Shown piece after piece: positions 40,158 through 49,062 of a DNA stretch of 64,000 bases. The position numbers and the translations under genes are program-made. The stretch's first letter is position 1. Each line of letters opens with the position of its first letter. The notes under the pieces are model-generated. The model did no database searches. It was given only the letters and a program-made list of their open reading frames with translations, and was not told the DNA's origin. Source of the DNA: a virus; the IMG/VR virus record IMGVR_UViG_3300019877_000058, positions 2,557-66,556 of that record. One strand, 5' to 3'.

Positions 40158-41281
40158 CAGATCACCCTCAACAGGTAGCTCACCGCGATCGAAGGCTGCA
40201 CCGCCGGATGCGCACCGCCGCTGGTGTTGTTGGAGGTGACAGAGATGGAATTTGAGCCTGAGAAAGTGAGAGCCGTAGAATAGGAACCGCCTGACAATAT
40301 ATTAACAGACCCGCCGCTGGTACCGACCCCGCTGAGCGCGCCATTGCCATAGATCGAATGACCAATGGGGCCCGTCACCGTGATCGATTGTGCCGCATTG
40401 GCTACAGTGAGGCCCGTCGGCAACTGAGCAAGGGTGAGGGTCTCGCTTTCGATGCCTTGACCGCTGCTACCACTACAGACAGTGCCGACCGAGGTGAAGG
40501 TGACGCCGCATCCGGCCGCCGTCATCCGGCTTGCCGCCGAGCCATTCATGTTGTCGAGCGCCGCCGGGACGCGCCCCCGCAGATCGACGGCGGCGAATTG
40601 CCCAGCCGAGCAGCCGCCGACGCCAGGCGAGCCCATCAGAGCCCAGTAGGCGGCAAACGTCGTTGTCGACAGACACTGCCCAGCCGGCAGGATGAAATTG
40701 CTGTTGGGGACGCTGCCGGCGGTATAGGCCATCAACCCGCCGAGCGGGACGCCGTACGGATCGACATAGAAATCGCGCAGGACCCAGCGGCCGGCCGCAA
40801 CCGAATATTTCAGCGTGTAGGGCGTGCCGGCGATCATGGTGCCGGCTGGCGCGGCAATCGATGGCGAAGTGACGATCGCTGCCGCCGTGCATCCATCCAC
40901 GGTCAACAGCGCACTGGCGCCATTGGTGACGTTCGGCGTGATGCCGATCAGTTGACCATCGAGCGGAACGGTCCCGGTGCCGCACAGGCCGGTATTGGTG
41001 CCGCCGGCCGACTGCTTGGTTGTCACCGCCAGCGCGCTTGCGGTACCGGTCGTGACCAGGGAGCCGGAGATGTCGTCGCGATACTCGGCGAGCTTGGCCA
41101 TCATCCCACGGCCGCTCGGCTCGACCGAGGTGGTCGGCATACCGTTGACCCAGCTGACGGCCGGGTCGACCGAGCTATTGGTGAAGGGCACCAGCGACCA
41201 CTGCCACAACGCGGCACCGGCAGGCCCAGCGCCGATCGCGATCAGGGCGACGACGAGATATTTGAGTAGCTCTTTCTTCAC
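40157..41281 (-). CDS. Tail-collar fibre paralog 1 with signal peptide
   Basis: MKKELLKYLVVALIAIGAGPAGA|ALWQWS; PLGGLMAY...DLRGR; 6 Cys. Confidence 0.85.
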   Translation of the reverse strand: MKKELLKYLVVALIAIGAGPAGAALWQWSLVPFTNSSVDPAVSWVNGMPTTSVEPSGRGMMAKLAEYRDDISGSLVTTGTASALAVTTKQSAGGTNTGLCGTGTVPLDGQLIGITPNVTNGASALLTVDGCTAAAIVTSPSIAAPAGTMIAGTPYTLKYSVAAGRWVLRDFYVDPYGVPLGGLMAYTAGSVPNSNFILPAGQCLSTTTFAAYWALMGSPGVGGCSAGQFAAVDLRGRVPAALDNMNGSAASRMTAAGCGVTFTSVGTVCSGSSGQGIESETLTLAQLPTGLTVANAAQSITVTGPIGHSIYGNGALSGVGTSGGSVNILSGGSYSTALTFSGSNSISVTSNNTSGGAHPAVQPSIAVSYLLRVI

Positions 41282-41604
41282 TGGGTGCCTTGCGGCAGGG
41301 TCGCGTTCTGCGGCTTGGCATTGAGCTGCGCCATCACCTGGGCCAGCGCCTGGGCGTAGGGCTGCTGATGCGTCTGCGGCATCTGGATCGTCGGCGCCGG
41401 CGGCGGCCCAGCCATCTTCGGCATACTGGCACCAGCTCCACCCAAGGCGGCGAGCCCCTTCATCAGACTCGGATCGTTCGGATTGGTCGGGTTGAGCGCC
41501 ATGCCTGCCGAATCAGGCGTCGGTGCTGGAATTCCTGGCGCGGCCAGCGATGTAGGAGCCGCCTGGCCGCCACCGCCGCCCAACAGGCTCGAAAGCCAAC
41601 CCAT
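41278..41604 (-). CDS. Low-complexity internal virion/ejection-like protein
   Basis: MGWLSSLLGGGGG...; Pro/Gly/Gln-rich. Confidence 0.65.
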   Translation of the reverse strand: MGWLSSLLGGGGGQAAPTSLAAPGIPAPTPDSAGMALNPTNPNDPSLMKGLAALGGAGASMPKMAGPPPAPTIQMPQTHQQPYAQALAQVMAQLNAKPQNATLPQGTQ

Positions 41605-41614
41605 GCCGCCGGTT

Positions 41615-42316
41615 TCACTGGGATCCATTTTGAGCCACCTGGAGCCGCTGCATGATGGCAGCGAGCCGTTGCGCCGCCGGCAAGCCGATCGGCTGGGGAA
41701 TATTGATCTGCTGCGCCTGGGGCGCCTGCTGCTGACTGACCATCTTACTCAGGGCCACGCCGACCGGAGGCGCGTCCGGTGTCTCCCCGCCGGGCGTTCC
41801 ACTCGCTGGAGGCGATGGAGACGTCGGAGGCGACGAGGCATCGTCGCTGGATCCGGATTGAGCCGGCGGAGAGATCGAAATTGGATTTGATTCGTCGCCG
41901 AGCATCGAATTCGCCCGCGCGCGATGCCCGACCATCTGGGTCGCTACCTTGTCGGCCACGGTCCCAGGCGCGCCACCATTTCCTGCGTCGGAGCGGTCGT
42001 ACAGCCCGGGATGACCGGCGTTGATTGTCGAATAAATGTCAAGGAGACCCATCCCAGGCTTGACACCTCGATCGCGCAGAAAGTTTTCAGCAGCGTTGAC
42101 GTGTTCTTCGAGGGGCATTCCGGGTCGGACACCATATTTCGCCTGCTCCTCCGGGCCGAATTGAATCAGCCCGAGATACTTTCCGCCCTTGCCGCCCCAC
42201 AGGTTCGGATCTAGCTTTCCACCGGTCTCGTAGCTCATGGCCGTCAGCACGTCAGACGGCGACACCCCGAGCCGGGCCGATGAAGCTCTGACCGCATCCA
42301 CCAGCTGGGAGCCCAT
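41615..42316 (-). CDS. Virion-associated lysozyme/transglycosylase-like protein
   Basis: AMSYETGG..DP......YLGLIQFG...YSTINAG; Pro/Ser-rich tail; GAGGT SD. Confidence 0.85.
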   Translation of the reverse strand: MGSQLVDAVRASSARLGVSPSDVLTAMSYETGGKLDPNLWGGKGGKYLGLIQFGPEEQAKYGVRPGMPLEEHVNAAENFLRDRGVKPGMGLLDIYSTINAGHPGLYDRSDAGNGGAPGTVADKVATQMVGHRARANSMLGDESNPISISPPAQSGSSDDASSPPTSPSPPASGTPGGETPDAPPVGVALSKMVSQQQAPQAQQINIPQPIGLPAAQRLAAIMQRLQVAQNGSQ

Positions 42317-42330
42317 CGTTGTCAAACCTC

Positions 42331-42489
42331 ATGTTTATCGTCATGGCCATCGCCATGCTCGTGCTCTGGTGGGCGATCCATGTAGCGGCGCGCTGGTTCG
42401 TCACGGATTTCGGGATCCTCGCCGGGGCCATCGCCTGCGTTGTGATGTATCTCAGCGCGGTGGCGTTCGAGCGTGGTCGACACTGGTGA
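42331..42489 (+). CDS. Antisense 2-TM membrane peptide (candidate superinfection exclusion)
   Basis: 52 aa MFIVMAIAMLVLWWAIHVAARWFVTDFGILAGAIACVVMYLSAVAFERGRHW; no clear SD. Confidence 0.45.
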   Translation: MFIVMAIAMLVLWWAIHVAARWFVTDFGILAGAIACVVMYLSAVAFERGRHW

Positions 42490-45124
42490 GCGGCGTTGCC
42501 GCATGCGCAAGCACGGCGGCGGCTCTCTCATAATTCGGATTTACACTACCCTTCGGCTTTTTGCCAAGGAACAATTCCTTGGTCTTGGCCAGCTGGCGGG
42601 CGGTTTTCAGCGCGGCCGCGCCTCGCTGCAGGCTTTCGCCGATGACGAGACCGGGCAGGCCGGCGGCATGAGTACCGATCAGCGCGCCGACGTGGGTGGT
42701 CATCACGCGCCCGAGTTTAGCGAGCGTCACGGCGGTGCCGGACGGATTGGTGGTATTCTCGAGCGGCGCCAGCTTGGCGAAATGCTCCTGGTAGACGCGG
42801 ATATCGGCGCGCTCGGCCTCCGAATACAAAATCCTGGCAGCGGGCGTGTCGAGGAACTTGGCGAGCCGCTGCGACATCGCGTAATTGGTGAACTCCTTGA
42901 CGCCTTCCGGCTTCTCGAACAGGTTTTTCAATTGCGCTTCGCGGATATGATCCCACGCCGCCGGGCTGCCGGCGCGATGGAGAGCCTCGAGCAGCCGTTC
43001 ATTCTCTGGCGAGATAATGCCGTTGGCGGGAAAAATCTTCTTCACCAGATCGCTCGCGCCCTGCTCACCGCTGGCCAACTTGGCGAGCTGACGATCCGTT
43101 GCGCTCTGAGCCGGAGCTGGAGCTGCCTGACCACGCAGATCGGCGGCATGCGCCATCAGTCGGGTGCGCTCGGCCGGCGTGAACATGTCGCGGGCATGCG
43201 GGGTCTGCAGGTAGGTCTGCAGCCGGTCGGCCTGCTTGCCTGGCGGCAGCGGTTCCATCCCCTCCGGCGTGTCCAGGATGTGCGCTAGCATGCCCTGGCG
43301 CATCGCCTGATGCTCGGGTGAGTTCTCGCCAACGATCTGCCGCACTCGGGCGGCGATCGCCTGCGAGTTGCCACCGCCGGGCGCCGTGGGCGTGCCGAAC
43401 ATCGAGGTCGTCATCTGCCCGACCGGCATCTCCTGACCTGGATGTCGGCCAACGATACGCTCGACCACCGGACCGACGGTGTCGCCGCCTCCCTGGTTCG
43501 AATAGGTGGCGCGACGCTCGGAGTGCGCGGCGCGTGCGGCACGGATGGCTTGGTTATAGCCAGGACCGTCTCCGGAAAAGGCACCTGGGGTGCTCAAAAC
43601 CGCATCGTGGTGCGCATTGAAGGCGTCCATGACGCGCTGGGCGGCATAGGCATCGGTTCCGCTGCCGCCCGGCGCGCGAGCCGCGCTGCGGGCGTCCTGG
43701 AGCAGGCCAACGAGCTGCTGGCGCGCCGCTTCGACGTCGGCCGGCGTCAGCGGCCGCGGGATCACGCGACCGTCCGGGGTGCGAATCATCTCGCCGCGCT
43801 GCAGCGCGTTCTCGTAATAATTGTGACCGAGCTGGTTATCGAGCACATCCAGCATGGCGCTGGCGTTCCGGGTGAGCTGCGGGTTGATGGTGACCCGTTG
43901 CACGCCAGGCCCGGTCGCGCGCTCGATGCGATTGCGGACCGACTGGCCGATGTTACCGAAGGCCGCCTGGGCATAGTCGCCAGGGAACTGGGACGCTGCA
44001 TTGTAGCGATCGGTGACGTTCTGGCGCGCTGCCTGCGCGCGCTGCTGCACGCCGCCCTGGATGCCGGTGATGGCGTCGACCACGGACGTGGGTTGGGCGG
44101 GCTCAGGAGCCCCCAGGGGCGCCGCAACATTGCCCCGCAGCGACGTGCCCTCCGCTGCGATCTGTGCGTCGTGGCGGGCCTGCGCGGCCACCTGATCGTT
44201 ATGCTGCTGGGCGAGCTCGGTGATGGTCTGGCCAGCCGCAGCCTCCGGCGTCGCCGGGGTGGCGGCTCCCGGGTTCAGGGACCGGCCGAACTGCTGCGCC
44301 GCCTGCTGAGTATCGGTATCGGTCTGCTCGCCGGCGGCCTGGGCGACCTTCTGCGGCCCCTCGCCGAGCGTGCCAGCCCTCGCCATCTGTTCCTGGGAGC
44401 CGATCTCGTTGGTCGGGGTGTGGTAGGACTGCGGAACCCGGACCGCATGAACATTAGCGCCGCCCACGGGCAGATTGGTGGTGATCGCGACCCGCGGCGC
44501 CGAACCAACCAGATTGCGCACGCCGCGCGCGGCCCTCCCGATCAGATTGCCAGCAGCCGGAAAGGCGCCGCCGGTGACGCCGCTGATCGTCGCCTCCTTG
44601 GCGATATCTCCACTGTCACCACCGCGGGCCGCGGCATCGACGCCACCGATCGCGCTGTTGGACATGACGCCGTTGCGAATCATCTGCGGCAGCGTGCCGC
44701 TCATGCCGAGCAGCCGGGCCGCGGTTGCCGAGGCCGCCAGCGGCGCCACCGCAGCGGAGCCGATCGCCATTTTGCCTACGGTGGTGCCGATCGGGTGCGA
44801 GGCTTCGTAAGCATCGGTGCCGGCAGTGACCTTCGGTCGGTTCTCCGCCAGACGCTGCGAAAAGCTCGGCGCGTGTGACATGCCAGTTTCGATAACAGGC
44901 TGCGCCGCCGCATTGAGCGCGGACGTCGCGTAATCGACGCCAGCCCCCGCGATCGGGATGCCTCGCAGTCCAGCCACCAGTGAAGCACGGTTATCGCCAA
45001 TATCAGGAGCAGCAGCAGGCGCAGCACCATAGTGGCTGTCCATCGCAGACGTGATCTCGCTCTCCGGCGTTCCATCGGGAAATGCCAGATTTGACCCATC
45101 AGGACCTTTGACGTTGATCGTCAT
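42452..45124 (-). CDS. Large internal virion (DNA ejection) protein
   Basis: 890 aa; V.GPDG....FPDGT N-terminus typical of podoviral ejection proteins; Ala/Gly/Gln-rich. Confidence 0.8.
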   Translation of the reverse strand: MTINVKGPDGSNLAFPDGTPESEITSAMDSHYGAAPAAAPDIGDNRASLVAGLRGIPIAGAGVDYATSALNAAAQPVIETGMSHAPSFSQRLAENRPKVTAGTDAYEASHPIGTTVGKMAIGSAAVAPLAASATAARLLGMSGTLPQMIRNGVMSNSAIGGVDAAARGGDSGDIAKEATISGVTGGAFPAAGNLIGRAARGVRNLVGSAPRVAITTNLPVGGANVHAVRVPQSYHTPTNEIGSQEQMARAGTLGEGPQKVAQAAGEQTDTDTQQAAQQFGRSLNPGAATPATPEAAAGQTITELAQQHNDQVAAQARHDAQIAAEGTSLRGNVAAPLGAPEPAQPTSVVDAITGIQGGVQQRAQAARQNVTDRYNAASQFPGDYAQAAFGNIGQSVRNRIERATGPGVQRVTINPQLTRNASAMLDVLDNQLGHNYYENALQRGEMIRTPDGRVIPRPLTPADVEAARQQLVGLLQDARSAARAPGGSGTDAYAAQRVMDAFNAHHDAVLSTPGAFSGDGPGYNQAIRAARAAHSERRATYSNQGGGDTVGPVVERIVGRHPGQEMPVGQMTTSMFGTPTAPGGGNSQAIAARVRQIVGENSPEHQAMRQGMLAHILDTPEGMEPLPPGKQADRLQTYLQTPHARDMFTPAERTRLMAHAADLRGQAAPAPAQSATDRQLAKLASGEQGASDLVKKIFPANGIISPENERLLEALHRAGSPAAWDHIREAQLKNLFEKPEGVKEFTNYAMSQRLAKFLDTPAARILYSEAERADIRVYQEHFAKLAPLENTTNPSGTAVTLAKLGRVMTTHVGALIGTHAAGLPGLVIGESLQRGAAALKTARQLAKTKELFLGKKPKGSVNPNYERAAAVLAHAATPLTSVDHARTPPR

Positions 45125-46845
45125 TGGGCGGGGACCAGTTTCCTTGCCTTCGGATCGTAAACATAGTTGCCGGGCGGAGGCGCCGCCGTGGCGGCGGGAG
45201 CGGCACCCGCTTCACCGCGCAGCCGGCTGATGATCTGCTTGGCCTCGGCGATCTTGGCGTCTGTCTCCGGGGTACGATATTGATACTGGGGATGATTGGC
45301 GCCTTTGCCCATCACCCGATCCCGGCCCTGCTCGAGCGAGTGGATACCGCCCTCCATCAGCTCCAGGGTCGACTCGAGCGAGCCGGCATGTTCAGGACCA
45401 GAGGCGTTTGGCTTGAAGCGGGTACGCGTTTCTTCGCGCTCTTTGACGCCGCCACCATTGGGCCCGGAATAAAGCTTACCGACCTCGCCGGCCGCAGCCG
45501 CGGCATCGGTCGCGATCTTGTTGGCGCGCCCCTGCTGAGCCGTTGTCGTTTGACGGATATCATTCATCAAATGAGCCGGCCCCTTGAAGCCAAACCCGCC
45601 ACTCGGCTGGGACGCCTCGATGTCCTTTGCCAGCGTGAGGACATGGTCGATGCCTTGGTGGAACGACTTTACCTGCATGCCGACGCCAGACTTGGTGTTG
45701 CCGACGTCGCGAGCATACTGGTTGCGCGTGATCGCGGTCTGCTCGGTGAGGTCAGGGTCGATCTGGCGCGCGAGATCGGTCGCCGCCTTGTTCTTCGGGT
45801 CGTTCATCGCTCGGCCGTTGGGCCAACTCTCCTTGCCCTGCACGAGGTTCATCGCGCGGCGGTAGAGCGCAGGGTCGGCCTGCTGCGCCGCCTTCTCGGC
45901 GTCCTCGCCGGTGAGACTCGGGTCGATTAGACCGGCCTGACCGCTGCCGCCGGCCCAGGGCGTGCCATCAAGGTTCTTGATCTCGTTGGTCCACGGATTA
46001 TGCAGCACCGAGACCTTGGTGCCATTCGGCATGTCGACGCTCTTCAGCTCGCTCTTCTTGTCGCCGATGTAGCTCGCCATCAGCGTCTTCGCGAGCTCCG
46101 GGTTGGTGGTCGCCGCGATCGCCTGCTGCCGCGGTACGCCAGCCGCGACCAGCGCCTGGTAAAGCTGCTGCGCACTGCCGCTCTGCAGGTTCAGCTTCTG
46201 GTCGGCCGCCGCACCCGCCTGCGCGCCCGCAAAACCGCGGCCGAAGCCGGTGGCCCAGGACGGCGCGCCCATCATCCCGGCGCCCATGCCCATCAGTAGG
46301 TTGGAGTTGTCTTTGATGCCGCCCCACACCTTGCTCAGCATGCCGGGGGTGGCGTCGATCATGTCGACCGCGCCTTCGGCCGGGGAGCCGCTGCGCTGGC
46401 CGCTGGTCGGCGCCGCGTTCGGCGGGATTGCAGCTTCGGCGGCAGGCGCCACAGCCACAGGACCCGGCGCGCTAGCCGGTCGTGGGACTGGTAGCGGCGT
46501 CGTCGGGGGCGACGGAGCCGGCGCGGCCTGGGGGCCTGCGCCAGTTGCTCCAGGCACCGCCCCGTAAGGACCTCCCATTTCGGAGCCGAGCATTCCGGGC
46601 AACGGTCCAGCCGCAGCCATCGGCGGCGCCGCCGCGGCAGCCGTCTGCGGGGTAAGCGGATGGGTCTCCTGGAACTTCTTGAGATCGTCATCGAACGCCT
46701 TCTCAGGCTTCTTCTTCACCGGCACGCCGTTGGAGTAATCGTCGTAGGCCGGCACGTTGAAGCGCGGGTCCTCCTCGTTGCCGAGCGAGCCCATCTGGAA
46801 CGTGGCCGGATCCTGCGGCGCGAACAGCTGATCGAGCATTCCCAT
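45121..46845 (-). CDS. Internal virion (DNA ejection) protein
   Basis: 574 aa; LMGMGAGMMG..SW..GFGRG hydrophobic Gly-rich segment. Confidence 0.8.
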   Translation of the reverse strand: MGMLDQLFAPQDPATFQMGSLGNEEDPRFNVPAYDDYSNGVPVKKKPEKAFDDDLKKFQETHPLTPQTAAAAAPPMAAAGPLPGMLGSEMGGPYGAVPGATGAGPQAAPAPSPPTTPLPVPRPASAPGPVAVAPAAEAAIPPNAAPTSGQRSGSPAEGAVDMIDATPGMLSKVWGGIKDNSNLLMGMGAGMMGAPSWATGFGRGFAGAQAGAAADQKLNLQSGSAQQLYQALVAAGVPRQQAIAATTNPELAKTLMASYIGDKKSELKSVDMPNGTKVSVLHNPWTNEIKNLDGTPWAGGSGQAGLIDPSLTGEDAEKAAQQADPALYRRAMNLVQGKESWPNGRAMNDPKNKAATDLARQIDPDLTEQTAITRNQYARDVGNTKSGVGMQVKSFHQGIDHVLTLAKDIEASQPSGGFGFKGPAHLMNDIRQTTTAQQGRANKIATDAAAAAGEVGKLYSGPNGGGVKEREETRTRFKPNASGPEHAGSLESTLELMEGGIHSLEQGRDRVMGKGANHPQYQYRTPETDAKIAEAKQIISRLRGEAGAAPAATAAPPPGNYVYDPKARKLVPAQ

Positions 46846-46854
46846 CGTGTGACC

Positions 46855-47946
46855 TCAGGCTGCCATCTTGAGCATGCCGATGCGGCGCGAGTTCTGCGTG
46901 GCCTTGGCGTAGTCGACGTGCTTGACGCCGCCAATGTCGTGCACGGCATCGGGCCGCACCTTCTCGACCTCCTGCGCCAGCAGACCGATCTGCGGCGTCT
47001 TCTTCGGATCGTCCTTCCAATTAAATTGGTGCACGGTCTGGCCATCGTGCATCTCGCCAACCGGCTTGATGTTTTCCTTCAGCCGCGCGTCCGACTTCGC
47101 CACCGCGCCCGCGATCCCAGCACCGCCCATCAATAGCCCGAGCATATTCGTGATCGGACTGGTCTGCTGCGTCGTCGTACCCGAACCGCTCGCGGTGCCA
47201 CCAAGGCCCGCGATGCCCGAGGTCGCCGCTTCCGCCGGCGCCAGGTTGGTCCATGGCGTGCCGTAGGCGGTGTTCGCAGCCTCGTACTGGGTCTGACCGG
47301 GCTGGGTGATGAGGCCGGGCAGCATGCCGCCGGCGCCGAGGCCCTGCAGCTGCTGCGCCAGCGCCGACATCTGCTCGGAGGTGAGGCCGCCCGCGGTCGA
47401 GCCGGTGACGCCGGCCTGGCCGGCATTGGCGTTCATCAGGTTGCCGACGTTGGAATTGTACTGCGCCGCGATCACAGGCGCCTCAGCCTGCGCAATGCCG
47501 CGGCCAGCATTGGTCGTGAACGAGCCGGCGCCGGTCGGATCGCGCCCGGAGCCCGCGTACATGCTCTTGAAATTCTTGGTGATGTCGTTGGTCATCGTGC
47601 CGAGCGCATCGCTGAAGCCCGGGGTGTGCATCGGATCCAGGTCAGTGTTGCTGGCGAGCGGGTTGGTGTTCTTCATGTAGTTGGCAAGCTCGCCGGACAG
47701 CATGCCCTGCTGCGGCGTCGTGCTGGCGTTCAGCGAATTCATCACCGCGCCGGTGGCAGGTGCGCCGATGTCCGGGATCCCGCTGGCCTCGGCTTGCAAC
47801 TTATCGGTCGCCGCCTTCTGCGCTGCCGTCACACCGGTGTTGATGCCGCCGATGGTGGAAGCTTCGTTGGCGAGCAGCGGGATCGTCGGCGCATACGGGT
47901 CGGTCTTCGACGACTGCTGCGTGCTGGTGGTGTTTTCGCTGCTCAA
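46855..47946 (-). CDS. DNA transfer protein with C-terminal Peptidase S74 intramolecular chaperone
   Basis: SDARLKENI..VG.......F.WK.....IGLLAQEVEK..PDAV....VDYAK. Confidence 0.85.
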   Translation of the reverse strand: MSSENTTSTQQSSKTDPYAPTIPLLANEASTIGGINTGVTAAQKAATDKLQAEASGIPDIGAPATGAVMNSLNASTTPQQGMLSGELANYMKNTNPLASNTDLDPMHTPGFSDALGTMTNDITKNFKSMYAGSGRDPTGAGSFTTNAGRGIAQAEAPVIAAQYNSNVGNLMNANAGQAGVTGSTAGGLTSEQMSALAQQLQGLGAGGMLPGLITQPGQTQYEAANTAYGTPWTNLAPAEAATSGIAGLGGTASGSGTTTQQTSPITNMLGLLMGGAGIAGAVAKSDARLKENIKPVGEMHDGQTVHQFNWKDDPKKTPQIGLLAQEVEKVRPDAVHDIGGVKHVDYAKATQNSRRIGMLKMAA

Positions 47947-47956
47947 GGAAGCCCCC

Positions 47957-48364
47957 TCAGATTTCCAGCTCCAGAATCACCTGGGACCGTCGATATCGCG
48001 GAAGAAGCTTTGCCCAACCGGGCCGCCCTTGGACGGTCACCCTAGAGCACCCTTCCGTCTTTGCCCACTCCTCGATCGTGGCGATGCCATGGATCCAGCG
48101 CGTCGCCTCAGCCCCGCCGCAGGCCACCACCTCGCAATAGAGACCGGATCGCATTCTGGCTAGCCTTGTGAGCACGGCGCAGAGCACTTTCGCCTCATTG
48201 TCGCAGGCGACCCATAGCTGCTTGTCGCCGGAAACCAGATCGGAGTGCAGCGTCGGCGGCAGCGGGATGTCCATCTCGGCGTAGGCGGCATCGAGCCAGG
48301 GAAACACCCGCTGCCAGATGTAGCCAATGTCGGCGCGGGGAATGCAGAAGATTTTGATCGCCAT
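47957..48364 (-). CDS. GNAT-fold virion assembly protein (P22 gp14/T7 gp13-like position)
   Basis: 135 aa from ATG 48364; QLWV...CGG....W...IEEWAK.EGCSRV...GRPGW.KLL. Confidence 0.75.
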   Translation of the reverse strand: MAIKIFCIPRADIGYIWQRVFPWLDAAYAEMDIPLPPTLHSDLVSGDKQLWVACDNEAKVLCAVLTRLARMRSGLYCEVVACGGAEATRWIHGIATIEEWAKTEGCSRVTVQGRPGWAKLLPRYRRSQVILELEI

Positions 48365-49062
48365 CACGCGCCGCCGGTGATGCTGTAGGTGTAGGTCTGG
48401 TCGGCATCCGCGCGGCTGGGGTGCGTGATGGTGAAGGAGCCGGTGGTGCGTGAGGAGATACGAAGCCCTGCCGGAAGCGTTCCAGCAGCGCTCACGTCCG
48501 GATGGCAGCTCGCGGCCACGGTCGCGCTGATGGCACCGGCTGCTCCGTTCTTGACCCAGGCCAGGGTAAATCCATCCGCATCGAACGAAGCTACGGTGAA
48601 GGTTTGATAATCCGCCCCAGCGGCAGCTGCGCGCTGAATCCCGGCGATCCCTCCCTGGTAAAAGACGTTGCCCGGCATCGAGATTTCCAGGCAAGTGTTG
48701 TTGACGCCGTCGGACGTCCCGATCGAGCCGCTCGTGTTGCCGCCGGACACGCCAGTGTTGAACTGAATGAAGCCCGGCTTAAATCCCAGCCCGGTGTAGG
48801 CGATATTGGCGGTGGCGGCATTGAGCAGCCGGGTGACCCCGAGGATCTTCGGGTTCGGCAAAATGATCTTGCGCGAGCTCTCGGTGATCGGCGTCAGCGA
48901 GATGTGCGAATTCGGATTGCAGCTCTGGTGATTGACCACGGTCGTGGTCTGATTCGCCCGCAGCGTCACCGTGCCGGTGTTGTTGGAGCCGCCTTTGTAG
49001 AGCTGCCGGATCGCCGAATTGAGCCGCGCCGGATCGCGTTCGCCAGGGGTTGGACTGGTCAT
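48364..49062 (-). CDS. Tail tip/needle-region protein with inserted beta domain
   Basis: ERDP.RL..AI.QL..G.SN..G.VTL N-terminus and F.I.H.....D.TY.Y..TG C-terminus, with an internal GFKP..I insertion. Confidence 0.65.
   Translation of the reverse strand: MTSPTPGERDPARLNSAIRQLYKGGSNNTGTVTLRANQTTTVVNHQSCNPNSHISLTPITESSRKIILPNPKILGVTRLLNAATANIAYTGLGFKPGFIQFNTGVSGGNTSGSIGTSDGVNNTCLEISMPGNVFYQGGIAGIQRAAAAGADYQTFTVASFDADGFTLAWVKNGAAGAISATVAASCHPDVSAAGTLPAGLRISSRTTGSFTITHPSRADADQTYTYSITGGA

Noticed and set aside
37935-41281. Diversity-generating retroelement or invertase shuffling of the three fibre genes
   Set aside because: No reverse transcriptase, no adenine-specific TR/VR pair and no recombinase or inverted crossover sites were seen; the paralogs diverge throughout
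42322-42531. 69-aa minus-strand ORF
   Set aside because: Its hydrophilic composition is the expected antisense of the hydrophobic plus-strand ORF, and it overlaps the upstream gene end
43442-44878. Long plus-strand ORFs (478 aa here; also 54410..55711, 51753..52934, 49560..50528 and others)
   Set aside because: They are antisense shadows of well-supported minus-strand genes in high-GC DNA, with Arg/Gly-rich nonsense composition and no motifs
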